This document shows, in pieces, positions 41,601 to 55,575 of a stretch of 64,000 nt of DNA; within the stretch, counting starts at the first letter, position 1; each line of letters opens with the position of its first letter. Made by a program: the position numbers and the translations under genes. Below the pieces are notes generated by a model. It was not told the DNA's origin and did not search any database. It worked only from the letters and a program-made list of their open reading frames with translations. The stretch covers positions 45,632,001 to 45,696,000 of the forward strand of contig JBITNC010000001.1 of assembly GCA_050084985.1 (NCBI GenBank), read 5' to 3'. The stretch comes from Nageia nagi. Taxonomy: Eukaryota > Plantae > Pinophyta.

Positions 41601-43795
41601 CTCATTAGTATTCTAGGAGTGCAACATTGGTATCTTGACCCTTGAATCATACTCATCACATTCATGGAAGAGTGATATTAGTAAAATTTGGAACACAACT
41701 AAATGTTAAGGAGGCTAGAGGTGTGACAATGGGCATTCGAGGACCCTTTGGCATCTTACACTCTGGATCTAGCACTAGGAAAAGTTCATCCACCCCCTAT
41801 AAGATTCAAACATTTTATATGAGTAATTTTAATTGGGGTATTTTAATTTTAAGCTATTTTAGAAATTTTGGAAATTAATTTCAAATTTTTTGGATCATAT
41901 TAAGAAAAAAATACATATTTTATTTCAATAATTTACTTTTAATTTGAAAAAAAAAAATTAATTTAGAGGGATAGGTCAAATAGGAATATAGAGGGAAAAA
42001 TAGCCATTTAAATTTTTTAAATGGTCCTATAAATGAGATGTTGAGTTAGGAGAAGAAGCATATAAATTGAAGAGGAAAAATCACTATTTTTGAGCATCAT
42101 TTTGAAATCACATAGAGAAGAGGAATTTGTCCAAATTTATAAGGATCATTGCACTTGAAAGAGGTTACACCTAAAAATTCTAGCCTCAAGAAGATTTGTT
42201 CATCCTTAAGGAGGACATCTACACATTTTGAAGGCTATTTTTAGATTTCAAAGATAATTCTTCTACTTTGGGTAAGTCATTCACCTTGGAATATTTTCTT
42301 TTCCATTTTGAAGATAAAATTTTATTTTTGGACAAACATCACACTATAGTAGCACTAAATTTGAGAAGAGTGCAAGTCTATACATCCTAAAATTCACTAA
42401 TTCTACCAAACGTGAGTCAAAACATCAAAAGAAATGGCAGATCCAAGAATGGATGCTATACTTAAATCATTAAACAAGTTGTTAGAAAATATAGATGAGA
42501 AAATGCCCAACAAGGATAAAACACTTGAAAATGATGGATCAATCAAGCAAACTCATTCACTCCCAAAGAAATTTTAGAATTTGACCTTGTAGAAGTGGAC
42601 ATAAATACAATGATCCAAGAATATATAGATCAAATAGAAGCATTCAAAGAAATTATTCCCTTCTAGCTATTTTGGGATATACATAAGCAAAAATATAGGA
42701 GAATTATAAAATCTATTGAAAGAAAGGATAATCATCAAATATGCATATGCCCATGTTTAATGGGAGAAATAAAATTTCAGCAAGAGCATGGTTACAAAAG
42801 TTACAAATGTACTTTACTCTCAAATCTATTGATGAAAAAAAAGGAACTTCAAACTATGACCATGTGCTTGTAGGGAGTGGCATACGAATGGTTGCACCAT
42901 GGCCTTGCCACATTGGGTCATAATGAGGTAACCATATTTGAAAAGTTCAATCACAAATTGCTAGAAAGGATTGAACAAAAGTGTGTAAAAGAATACTCCA
43001 ATGAATTAGCTTCTCTTATACAAACCACCATAGTTGGAAACTACGTTGAAGAGTTTCAAAGAATATATTGCATGGTTCCTAATATCGATAATGAAATACT
43101 TTCATACCTCTTTATGGATGAATTACAAGTTCCCATAAGGGCCACTATTAAGGTCCTATAGTCACCTACACTAGTTGCAACCATACACAAAATATTACTT
43201 CTCAAAGTATAGTCTATATTAAAAAAATAAAAGGGATTGAATGTAGCAACACATAGGCCCAACTAGGTAGGACCATTAGGGTCAACATTTCAAAAGGATA
43301 TGTTATCCATACAAAATTTTCCCAACCCCATAGGAAAGTTGGATGAGGTCACACAAAATGAATTAAGGAAAAGAAAACTTTGCTTCACCTATGAAAACTT
43401 GTGGGAAAGAGGAAACAAGTTTCAAGTTAAGGCACATAATTTGTACATAAAGGTTATTAAATATGAAGGAGCATTAGATCACGAATCAGAACATTATCAA
43501 CATGAATTTAGATATATTAGAGGAGAGTTGGCTACCTTAAAGGGGAAATCCTAATTCCTCACTATAAAGGTAGAAGAAGAATTGAAAAAAAAAGTCTTGA
43601 TACTCATATATGGTGGGGCCACTCACAAATTCATAGATTAAGACTTTATTAAGGAAAAAGGGTCTAAAATACAAAAGTTTAAAGGCTTTGATGTAGTAGT
43701 AGGCAACGAAAATATTACCTCAAGCAATAAATTGATAGAAAAAATGAAGGTAAGCCTAGAAATCTATTTCATGATCAATGAATTCTATGTCTTAC

Positions 43796-46700
43796 TGTAT
43801 ACTAAAAAATAATGCATGAATAATAAATCAAAGCACTATTTTTCCATAATATAATATTGAATCATATATCATAAAAATGTTAATAAATGAACATGAAAAA
43901 TGAGGTACTTTTTCCAATTTGCATTATTACGAAGTAACATGAATCATACATCAAAAATGATAACTCATTATAAGAAATGTACACCATTAACAACCTTAAT
44001 GAAGTAGATTCACATGCACAAATTGAAGTATGTAGAACAAGATGAAGAGTATTGTAGATCAAAATTCAAATACAATGATATACCATGCATAATGAACATC
44101 ATTAACATCCTTAATAAAGTAAATCCATGCACATGAATTAAAGTATACAAAACAAGATGAAGGATATAGCCAATCTACGAATGGGTGGTATTGCAAAACA
44201 CCTTTTTTGGTAGGATAGAATGATATTGGATGTTCTAATCTTTTTTTCTTTGGCTTTCTATTCTTCCCCCCAAAATTATGTTTCCTTTGATATTCTTTTA
44301 TAGCAACATTTTGATCCTCTTTGATTCTTAGGATCATTTTCTTTTACATTATTTGTGATTTAATTCGATATTTGATACCTTTTACATTATAAATGGTCCA
44401 TTACATTGATTACATTGCCTTGGGTATATTTAAACCCTTTTTACAATAAATATTCCTTGATGCTATAAAATGAATTATTTTATAGAAGGAAATTCATTTT
44501 TAGGCATCTATATTTTGACCCTCTTTGGAAATGTGGTTGAAGAAATGAGATTAAATATCTAAAGAATAAGTATAGAAGAAATTTGTGAAATCTTGGAACT
44601 CTTTATCTAGCACTGCCATTTGATGATAAGGGTCCTTTGTTGCCCCCTTTTGACTTGGTTACTCCTAGAAAACTCCTTGAGTGGTGTAGCCAAGATAAAA
44701 TATGAAGAAATGCATCCTTTCTCCCCCTGCAATATTTTTAACATGGAAGGAACTCTACTCCTTCATCTCTACTAGTAGGGAGTCTTATGGTCCCACATCC
44801 AATATTTAAAATAGAAGAGGTTCTTTTTCCCCTTACACTATTCAACCATGAATTTGGTTGCTCCATCATATTTGATACTCAAGAATCATATGCTTTTATA
44901 ATAATACCTTGATACCTCTCAGTTATTTGATATGAACGTTGCTAATAATGTGTAAATAGTGGAATGTCATTAACAATGTGAATTTTACTTCATTTGTTTT
45001 CCTTATTTTTATGTAAGTACCTACAAAAAGTGTTAGATGTACCCTACCTAAATATATTTTGGATACATAGTGTTTTGCATCATCCATTGATAATGAGTCA
45101 ATGTCAATAACCTACTTACAGTTGCATCATTGGTTTACTTTATAGTGAGTGAACTCTCATTAGCTATATTAATGGCCATCGATAACCTAGCATTTTTATG
45201 GCTATGTTTCACACACATTATATTGTCTTCATTTTTTTTTCACTTGTGCTTTCTTTTTACACATTGTTAACAATGTGTGAATAGTAATGCACATTGTTGA
45301 TAACATTCTTTATCTACATGCTCATCTAGAAATTCTTCATGCATCACTATACTACCACTTTGAGGGAATTCTTCTATCAAACCTACAATTTCCTATCCTT
45401 TTACCAACTTTTATTTGACCACATTGATATCAAATATTTGTAGTAATATTACCCCTAAGGAAAATAATGTAGCTAATATGGAGAAATATACTTCTTTCCT
45501 AAAATCCATTAAAACTAAACTTTGACTATATCTTGAAAATCCATCCATGAGATATAATATGTCATGACTAGCTATACTATCTACCATCATATCAACATTT
45601 AGTAATGTATAATCAACTCTTATCCCTCTAGTAGGTGTAGTAAATAGTAATCCATTAAAATATGAAATCACATTTGCTTCCTCATATTCTTGAAATATTT
45701 CATTAACATTCATTTCCTATCCAAAATTTTCATACTCACTAAGGATATAATCTACCTTCATAATTTCATTTGATTTAGACAATTCTAAATATGACCCCAT
45801 GTGTTCTAATATATTATCATCATTAAAAAAATCAAGTTTAATTGGTATAGTATCATCAATCCATAAATCCTTATAAAAATTAATAGGTTTAGTATCATCA
45901 AACCATATATCATCATCATTATCATCATATTTATGAACAAAAGGATATGGAAAGGAATTACCCATTGTGTTCTTCATCTGATCCTTTATTAAGGGAACTA
46001 GGTTGGGAAATAACTTTACTACAGAGCAAGAACCATCATTTTTCATATTATTTTCATGTTGTTGATAGCATGCAAATATAATTTCATGTTGTTGTTATCT
46101 ATCAATAATGCTTATTTTCAATTTTTCCAAGTCTTTTATGGACATCAATGGATAAAAGTTCTCAATTTTGTACATTTCCATTCTTGTCTTTGCAATCTAT
46201 GGATCTAAAGCATTCTAATTGATCTCATATTTTTCTTATGCAATGAGATCTAAAATTATAGCCTTTAAAGCCTTACAAAAATTTTTAAAATGACCTCTTC
46301 TTTGATGATAAGCAAAATGAGCATTAGAATATCCCATTGATATACTATCATCTTCATATTTCCTATCTATTGGCTGTAACAATCTCTTCTTCATCAAATC
46401 CATAAAAATAAACCTTGGTACTCTTGGAAATCTAAAATTTGTATCTCTTGTTATATTTGTTACTTGTTGTTTGATATTATGCTTGGGGACCTTATAAGGG
46501 TGGTGGGGAATAATTATGGATGTTATTCAAACTTTGCAATGCATCTATCTTCTTCTATAGATTGCTTATCAATTTAGCTAACTATGCTAGGGTTTGCTCC
46601 ATTTTTCATGCTGATAATAGCATAAAAATAGTATTTGCATTTCATTAATAACATTAATCCATTACAAAATTCTAGTGAGATCTTGCTAGTAGGGAAATAT

Positions 46701-47444
46701 TAGTCAAAATAGTTAGGTTCACCAAAATGTAAGCTAAAAATAATGATGAATAATAAATTGAAGCACTATTCTTCCATAGTATAATATTGAAGCATATATC
46801 AAAAATATGTTAATAAATGAATATGATAAATGAGATAGCTTCATGAAATCTACATCATTATGAAGTAACATGAATCATACATCAAACACAATAACTCATT
46901 ATAAGAAACACACATTGTTAACAACCTTAATGAAGTAGATTCATGCACATGAATTGAAGTATGTAGAACAAGATCAGGAGTATTGCAAATCAAAATTCAA
47001 ACATGATGACATACCATGCATAACAAACATAATTAATAGTCTTAATGAAGTAAATTCATGCACAAAAATTGAACTATGTAGAACAAGATGAAGATGTAGC
47101 AAATCTATGAATGGGTGATGTTACGAAACACCTTTGTTAGTATGATAGAATGATATTGCATGTTCTAATCTTTTTTTCTTTAGTTGTTTATTCATCCCCC
47201 TAGAATTATGTTGCATTTTATATTCTTTTATAGTAATATTTTGATCCTTTTTTATTCTTTAGATCATTTCCTTTTACATTATTTGTGGTGTCTTTCTTGA
47301 TATTTGACATCTCTTACATTATACAATGGCCCATTACATTGATTACATTGTCTTAGGTATATTTAAACCCTTTTCATAATAAATATTCCTTGATTCTATA
47401 AAATGAATTATTTAATACAAGGAAATTCATTTTAGGCATATACA
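43796..47444 (-). mobile_element. Element G: Tat/Ogre-like gypsy deletion derivative, tRNA-Trp primed, inserted in the protease of F
   Basis: Perfect TSD CTTAC (43791-43795 and 47445-47449). LTRs 43796-44512 and 46728-47444. PBS gttaggttcacca (46712-46724) matches the plant tRNA-Trp 3' end with CpG-type changes. PPT AAAGAGGGTCAAAA (44513-44526). RT fragment VDMMVDSIASHDILYLMDGFSRYSQ (ORF 45411-45713). Confidence 0.9.
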
Positions 47445-47614
47445 CTTACCATTTGGGGTACTATCATATTTAGTGCTTGGAGTACAATGATTATACACTT
47501 TAAGAGAAATCACTTCCAACTATAAAATATTGAATATGAAATTCAAAATCAACAGATGTGAGGCACACTTCCAAGGAATCAAGGAGAAAGGGGAACATGG
47601 AATAGGATTTAAAA

Positions 47615-49043
47615 TGTTATGAATAAAGTTCCCAAAATATCATAAAATCATGAGAGAAAGAGCTCAACACCTTGAATAAGAGATAAAATCTGTAATAAGC
47701 CACTTCGAGGGAGCAACCTCCTTTACATCACATCAAATACACAACAATAGACCCTCCAAATGATAATACCTCCTTAGTATAAATAGGAGTCCAAGGGGTG
47801 CCATTACAATGAAAGGACACTAGCTGACATAACAATAATAATGTCTAGCTGATATAAAAATAATAATTTAAGGGAATAACAATAACCATAGTGGCTTCTA
47901 TGGGACACATAATAACAATATATGGGCTACATGAGTAGTATAGGGACCTAACATGCCCCTCTCCTTAAAAAAAATATTGTCCTTAATGTTTGAGTAGTTT
48001 TGGATGATTATATATAAAATTCTCATCTTACCATGTGGAATCTTCAGCTATTGCCATATTTTTACTTTCAACCTTCCTTGCCATCCTAAAAACCATCTCT
48101 AAGGATGTTGGTTCAAACAGATTTGGAGACTGTTCTATTATCTGACCTTCCAATTGATGTAAATCTAAAATTTTTCCCCTTTAGAGTCTGAAATTTCTAC
48201 TTGTGGTAGAATCAGATGTATTCTTTTCAATTACATATATTTTGTCAAATTCTGATATTCCAAGAGGAAATGGCTGCAACTTTTCCAAAATGTACTGATT
48301 TTTGGATTTTTCAGAAGCATGAACTTGTACGAAGTGCTACATGTCACCTATTTATTCCCATACCTTGAAAATTGTAAAAGATAAACTTAAATCTATACCC
48401 TAACCAATCCAATAGGTTTCACATAGTTTGGAGCTATAAAAATTTAGATAAACACTTTTTAGCTAGAACACCTATTTCAGACCTACTTTTGAGACTAGTC
48501 AAAAACCTTAAATTCCCCTTAGTGTAACTTGTAAATTATAGAGAATTAGGATCTGAAATTTGAACTGAAACTTCTTAGGTATGTCTTCTAAAAACCTAAT
48601 ATATTTCAGAATCTAAAACCTTTCGAAACAAAATTGGTAGCGAAAATGCCACGATGACTAGTTTTGAGCCGTGAAATCGTAGAATCATCTGCTCTAATAC
48701 CAAATGTTACAAACAAAGTTCCCAAAATAGCATAAAATCATGAGAGAAAGAGCTCAAAACCTTGAATAAGATATAAAATCTATAATAAGCCACTTCAAGG
48801 GGGAAAATTCCTTTACATCACATCAAATACACAACAATAGACCCTCCAAATGATAATACCTCCTTAGTATATATAAGAGTCCAAGGGGTGCCACTACAAT
48901 GAAAGGACACTAGCCGACATAACAATAATAATGTCTACCTAACATAACAATAATAATGTAAGGGAATAAAAATAACCATAGTGGCTTCTATGGGACACAT
49001 AATAACAATATATGGGCTACATGAGTAGTATAGGGACCTAACA
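47615..49043 (-). mobile_element. Element H: TRIM-like miniature non-autonomous LTR retrotransposon (1429 bp) with chromodomain remnant
   Basis: TSD TAAAA (47610-47614 and 49044-49048). 339-bp LTRs 47615-47953 and 48705-49043, about 22 mismatches by eye. PBS gctctaatacca 48691-48702; PPT AAGGAGAGGGGCA 47954-47966. The 751-bp interior ends in a frameshifted KNMAIAEDSTW*DENFI…HPKLLKH*GQ. Confidence 0.92.
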
Positions 49044-50993
49044 TAAAAGGATGGAGATAATTCATAAATACCCTCTACAACAAAGATAAATCCATAAACC
49101 AACTTCAACCCAAGAAAGTTTCATAGCATTCCACAAGCATTAAACTTTGTATGTTATTGAGAACATAAAAAATTATGAAAATGAAGAAGAATGTGGGAAG
49201 GAGAAAGAAGACTTTGAATTAGCTATCACATTCATAGTTTTGAATTATTTGGGGACAAGCAATTTGGGAGGGGTGGATTTGTAATATTCTTAAATTTTGG
49301 CATCTTACTCACTCCAACACAAAGAAGTGGGGCATTCATCCTCATTGTTCTCTTTTAGATTTTTAGAGGTATTTTAGTAGTTTTAGAGTAAATTAAGGAA
49401 TAATAAGATAATCTAGATAATATTAAGATCATTTTCTATGTTAAGTTCCACTTGGAGGTTCTCCAACATGGGATGTATAATTATTTATTATTTTAATTAT
49501 CTAAATCATTTCTAATTGTATGGGCCACTTAAAGATGCTAAATCAATGTTGTTATTTGTAATACCAAGGCATATTATATTTGTAAATGCAATATTAGTCT
49601 TCTTTATCGAGGTATTATATATCTTGGCCTTGAAAAAGTATAATTTGGCATATCAAGATATTTAGAAGCCTATCAATGTAATTTAGCTCCCCTCTAAGCT
49701 AAATGCTCCATTAGAGGTAGAGCATTATCATTTGTAGAAAGTGATATTAATCATGAAGCATAGAAGATACCAAGAGGGAGACATGGCACCTAGAAGGCTT
49801 ATAAGAACAATTTGGAATTGGTGGATGAGACTTTATGGATCCCAATACATTCATGATGTTGTGTCTCACCCCATGGGTGAATTTGGACCCTATGACTTGA
49901 TCTTGATCATCCTAAGGTTGGTGTAGGATAGGAAGGATATATAGAGGCTATAAAAGGAGTAGCTTAAGACTCATTTGGACATGCTTGGATTAATTCTTCT
50001 CTTTTACACTAGATGTAGGGCATCATCTCTCCTACTACCCTTATGGATGAAAATCCACCTGGAGGTACTTAAGGTCTGGTAAAGCCTCAATACTTAATGA
50101 ATTGTTACTTTGAGGAATAACATCCCTAAAAGAATATAACTAGCTATCTAAGGCTATTGGAATTACCTTAGATTATCTTAACACTACTAGTGGGACCTTG
50201 GAGTCTCCATCATAACTAATTGGAGGAGGAATCCTTGGTGCAAGCCTTATCATTGTTGAGAATTTTATTATTTAGAAAATAATAAGGATTTATGGAATCA
50301 TCCCTAGGGCACTTTTTCTTTGGAAGTGAAGGCATGTAATTTAGTTCCCTTTATAATATTATTCGAATTACATTAATTGTGATCCTAATTAATATGTTAT
50401 TTTCATGAGATCTTACCCTAGTTGTATGGATGTTGCATTTTGAATGTTAATTATTAAGTTAATTCACTTAATTACTAGTCCTTGGAATATTTTCTTGATA
50501 TCTTGCTATTTCGAGCTAGATGATTACATTGGAGTGAGCTTCTATTGAGATCTAGTATTATTTGCTTACATGTTGGCTTTTTGGAATTAATTTTGACTTC
50601 TTCACTTGAACATTAGGTTTTTGCATTTATATTTTGCACTTGAGACCATACATTTGCATTTTATGGGTAAGGTTAGGGTATTTTGGGTATTTGAAGAGCA
50701 TAAATAACTTAATTTTAATTTTGATGAATTTTAATAATTTTTATGAGCCCCATTTGGGTGATTTTGGACCAATCCTAGTTTAGAATATTTCAAATCTTCC
50801 TACCATCTAGGATTTTGGCCCAATCAACATCAACATATACCTCTAAAGTCTCAAATTCAATAGAATTATATCATAATTTAGAAGTTTTGGTATCAGATAT
50901 GTATTAGAGTATCCTTTAACTACTTTCTAATGGGATTCATGAGGAGAATGCATTAATTGATTTATTAGATTAACTGCAAATATTATATCATGC

Positions 50994-51628
50994 TGTTAGA
51001 AAAATGGAGACTAAGACAGAACCAGCCAGATAGAACAGGCCAGCCGGCCAACCGGCTAAGATGCTAGTAAATCTGAAGGATAGTTTTGTTTATAAAGCCA
51101 ACCGGTCTGCAGGGCAGTTTCTTTCTCATTTCAAACCAATTTTCAGTTGCCAAGGAGCCATGACACCTGTTCAGCAGTTGTAGAAGGGTTGGGGGTTACC
51201 TAACGACCTTCCTGATCCAACTTGGGTTTAAGTTGGGTTAGTTTGTACCTATAAATAAGAGGCTTGAGTTGAGGCATGTATGTAGTTGGAATATGTGTGT
51301 ATGACTGTAATTTGACAGCATTTGTGAGGTTGATTGTAATTGTTGAGAGAGAGATTGTAGTGAGGCTTTGTTGTAACTCCAAAGTGAAGGTTGTAGCAAG
51401 GTTATGCTACTGGTGTATTGCTTGGAGGACTTGAATGCAAAAGAGTTGAAAGCTTCTCCATGGATGTAGCCTACACTGGGTGAACCACGTTATCTCTTGT
51501 GTCTCTCTTATGTGATTGATGTTTATGGATGTTTATTTTCAGTAGTATGCTTAATGTTGTTTCTTCTTTGCCAAAGACAATCTAAATTGTGAATACTCTT
51601 GGTTATATGAACTCTTTAAATCCTAACA
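50994..51628 (+). repeat. Copia I 5' LTR (635 bp)
   Basis: TGTTAG...CTAACA; TATA box tataaata at ~51250. Confidence 0.98.
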
Positions 51629-51630
51629 AT

Positions 51631-51643
51631 TGGTATCAGAGCC
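51631..51643 (+). promoter_or_regulatory. Primer binding site (tRNA-iMet)
   Basis: TGGTATCAGAGCC, 2 nt after the LTR. Confidence 0.97.
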
Positions 51644-51708
51644 ACGTTGTTGTGTTGGGATTTTCTTGGTGAATCTTGTGTGTAGATTGGAAATCAAGGA
51701 AGAGCACT

Positions 51709-54700
51709 ATGGCAGAAGAAGGGAGGCTGAAGGTGGAAAGGTTTAATGGGCAAGGATTTCAGTTTTGGAAAATGCAAATGGAAGACTACCTCTACCAAAA
51801 GGATCTCTATCTACCTCTAGAAGAGAAGAGTAAGAAACTTACTTCTATGAATGATGAAGAGTGGAATCTCTTGGATAGAAAGGCTTTGGGTGCTATAAGA
51901 CTTTGTTTAAGTTCTAGTGTAGCTTTCAATATTTCCAATGAAAAGACCACTAAAGGTGTAATGGATAAGCTTGCTAAATTGTATGAAAAACCATCTACCT
52001 CTAACAAAGTATACTTAATAAAAAAATTGTTTAACATGAAGATGAATGAAGGTAGTTCAGTTCAGGACCATGTTAATGAGTTCAATACAATCACAAATCA
52101 ATTGACTTCAGTAAGTTTAGAATTTGAAGATGAAGTAAGGGCCTTGTTAATTCTATGTTCACTTCCGGATAGTTGGAATAGCTTTGTTATGGCTATTAGC
52201 AATTCTTCTTCTAATGCAAAATTGGTCTTTGATGAAGTTGTTGGAACAATTCTTAGTGAGGACATGAGGAGAAAGTCCACAGGAGAATGCTCCAATGCTG
52301 CTCTCACAGTAGAGGCAAGAGGAAGACCAAAGGAAAGAAGGAGAAGCAAGTCAAGAAGCAAATCACAAGGAAGGTCGAAATCACAAGGTAAAACAAAATT
52401 GGAATGTTGGTATTGTGGTAAAAAGGGTCACATTAAAAAGGATTGTTGGAATAGAAAAGGTAAAGAATGTGATAGTAGTAATAATGAAAGCACAAGTAAT
52501 CAAGAGGTTAATATGGTTGGTGAATTAATCCAAGATGCTTTAATCATGTCTAACGAAAAGAACAATGATTATTGGGTTCTTGATTCGGGTGCTTCATATC
52601 ATGCTACTCCACATAAGGACTTCTTTTCTAATTACACACATGGTGATTTTGGTCAAGTGTTATTAGGTAATGAACATCCATGTAAAATTGTTGGTATGGG
52701 CAATATAACAATGAAATTACCTAATGGAACATAATGGACTCTTAATGAAGCAAGACACATTCTGGATCTTAAAAGGAATCTCATATCAATAAGTAAATTG
52801 GATAAGGAGGGCTATGTGATGACATTCGGGGATGGTAATTGGAAAGTTTCTAAAGGTTCAATGGTATTTGCAAAGGGAAATTTGGTGGGGTCTCTTTATT
52901 TACTCACAAATGTCTTTGATTATTCATTGAATCTTGTTTCCTTTGGTAATGATACATCACTATGGCATAATAGACTTGGACATATGAGTGAAAAAGGAAT
53001 GAAAATGTTACACACTAATGGTTCACTTCCAAATCTAAAAGAAATTGATTTAGGATTTTGTGAAGATTGTGTGTATGGTAAACAAAAGAAAGTTAGATTT
53101 CTTAAAGTTGGCAATGAAAGGAAGAGTCACAAATTAGAGCTTGTTCATACAGATGTGTGGGGTCCTGCACAGGTTTGGTCACTTGGGGGCTCATCTTATT
53201 TTGTCACTTTTATTGATGATTGTACCAGGAAGACATGGGTATACTGTATTAAAAAGAAATCTGATGTGTTTGAAACTTTTAAGAGGTGGAAGGCATTGGT
53301 TGAGAATGAAACTAATTCTAAGTTAAAATGTATTAAGTCAGATAATGGTGGAGAATTTTGCAATAATGAGTTTGATTCATTTTGTTCACACAATGGCATT
53401 AGAAGGATTAAGGTGGTTCCTAGAACTCCACAGGAAAATGGGGTTGCAGAGAGAATGAATAGGACTATCTTGGAAAGGGCTAGAAGTATGAGGATACATG
53501 TTGGGTTTCCTTTAAATCTTTGGGCTGATGCTATTGACACTACTATTTACTTGATTAACAGGGGTCCATCTATGGCTTTAGATGGAGGCATTCCAGAGGA
53601 GATGTGGACAGGTAAAAAGGTGAATTACTTATTCTTGAGAGTCTTTGGTTGTGAGGCTTTTGCACATGTTGATAAGGAGAATAGAAATAAACTTGATGCA
53701 AAATCACAAAAATGTTATCTTATTGGATATGGTGTTAATGATTTTGGATATAGGTTATGGGATGTAGATAACCATAAAATCATTAGAAGTAGAGATGTTG
53801 TATTCAATGAGAATAACATGTATAAAGATAGGTTGCAAAAGGTTGAGGAACCCAAGAATGTATCTCTAGAAGATGTTGATCAATATAAGGGTCCTGATAA
53901 TGTTGAAGCACCTCCACCACAAACACCTCAAACTTTTTCGCTTAGAAGATCCACAAGGATTAGAAATCCTCCTGAACGATATTCTCCTACTCTTTATCAT
54001 ATTTTGTATACTGATGGTGGCGAACCTGAATGTTTTGATGAAGCTATGCAGGGTGGTACACAGATTAAGTGGGAGCATGCTATGAAGGAGGAGATGGACT
54101 CCTTACTTAAGAATCAGACTTGGAGTTTGGTTGAGCTTCCAGAGGGTAAGAGGGCTCTTACTAACAAATGGGTGTATAGGATAAAGGAGGATGCAGATGG
54201 GCGACAAAGGTACAAGGCAAGACTTGTGGTAAAAGGTTTCGAACAGAAAAAAGGTATTGATTATGATGAGATCTTTTCTCTAGTTGTTAAAATGACCTCG
54301 ATTAGAGCAATATTGAGTCTTGTTGCTACTGAAAATTTGTTTCTTGAACAACTGGATGTAAAGACAGCTTTCCTTCATGGGGATTTGGAGGAAGATATTT
54401 ATATGCATCAACCCGAAGGTTTTGAGGTCAAAGGTAAAGAAGGGTATGTATGTAAATTGGAAAAGAGTTTGTATGGCTTAAAACAAGCACCCAGGCAATG
54501 GTATCATAAGTTTGACACTTTCATGGTAACAAATGAATTTGTAAGATGTCAATCTGATCATTGTGTGTATATAAAAAGAACAACAAATGGCAACTATGTA
54601 ATCTTGCTTTTATATGTGGATGACATGTTGATAGCAGGACCTAGTATGCAGGATATTGTTGATCTTAAGGAAAAGTTGGCTAAAACTTTTGAAATGAAAG

Positions 54701-55575
54701 ATTTGGGTGAAGCTAATCAAATTCTTGGAATGAAAATAACAAGAGATAAACAAAACCACTCACGAAGATAAGTCAAGAAGACTATATTGAAAAGGTTCTT
54801 AAACGGTTCAATATGAATAATGCAAAAATCTGTAACTTTACCATTGGCAAAACATTTTAAACTCACCAAACATTTATGTCCTAAGACAGATAAGGAAAAG
54901 GAGTACATGACTAAGGTTCCTTATGCTTCAGCGGTTAGGAGTTTAATGTATGCAATGGTATGTACTAGACCAGATATAGCACAAGTAGTGGGAGTGGTTA
55001 GTAGATTTATGAATAATCTAGGAAAAGGGCATTGGGAAGCAGTTAAATGGATCCTTAGGTATTTAAGGGGTACTTCTCATTACTCTTTATGTTTTGGTGG
55101 ATCTAACTCTTGTTTGCAAGGATATGTTGATTCTGACATGGTAGGTGATATAGATGGTGGGAGAAGCACTACAGGTTATGTGTTTACCATTGGAGGTACA
55201 GCGGTTAGTTGGATTTCAAAACTCCAACAGGTTGTGGCTCTCTCCACTACTGAGGCAGAGTACGTGGTGATGATAGAGGTGAGTAAAGAATTGATTTGGT
55301 TGAAGAGACTGATGGAGGAATTGGAAAAGGTGCAGGAGGATGCAAAGTTATGGAGCGATAGCCAGAGTGCTATCCATCTTGCAAAGAACTTAGCCTACCA
55401 TTCGAGAATTAAACACATCAAATTGAGGTACCACTTCATTAGGGCAGCGTTGGAGGATGGTTCAGTCAGTTTGGGGAAGATTCACATGTCACAAAATCTT
55501 ACAGACATGTTCACGAAAGTTGTTACAAAGGAGAAGTTGGGCTCTTGCTCAACTTGGATTGGTCTTAAGGAGTAA
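51709..55575 (+). pseudogene. gag-pol polyprotein (gag, zinc knuckle, protease, integrase, RT, RNase H) with one premature stop and a -1/+1 frameshift pair
   Basis: ATG at 51709; CWYCGKKGHIKKDC; WVLDSGASYH; integrase HTDVWG/SDNGGEF/ENGVAE; RT LLYVDDML; RNase H VDSD…TEAEY. TAA at 52732-52734 and indels at ~54763 and ~54825. Confidence 0.97.

Larger units (their letters stand above)
39524..50792 (+). mobile_element. Gypsy F: chromovirus-like element with ~1.5-kb LTRs, encoding only gag and protease (decayed)
   Basis: 5' LTR ~39524-40971 (first ~15 bp lost); 3' LTR 49280-50792 with TIR tgtaatattct/agaatatttca. PPT gggaggggtgg 49266-49276; degenerate PBS 40972-40985. gag MPMFNGRNKISARAWLQKLQMYF and ELRKRKLCFT; protease VLILIYGGATHKFI…FYV|LPFG…VLGVQ*L. 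Confidence 0.85.

Noticed and set aside
41620-41730. caaca-ttggtatct and ggtgtgaca resembling LTR end/PBS inside the gypsy F leader
   Set aside because: No matching LTR start, TSD or partner copy could be found by eye
50889-50899. tggtatcaga resembling a Met PBS
   Set aside because: Lies inside the minus-strand RT/RNase H coding sequence of copia E, with no LTR end (CA) directly before it
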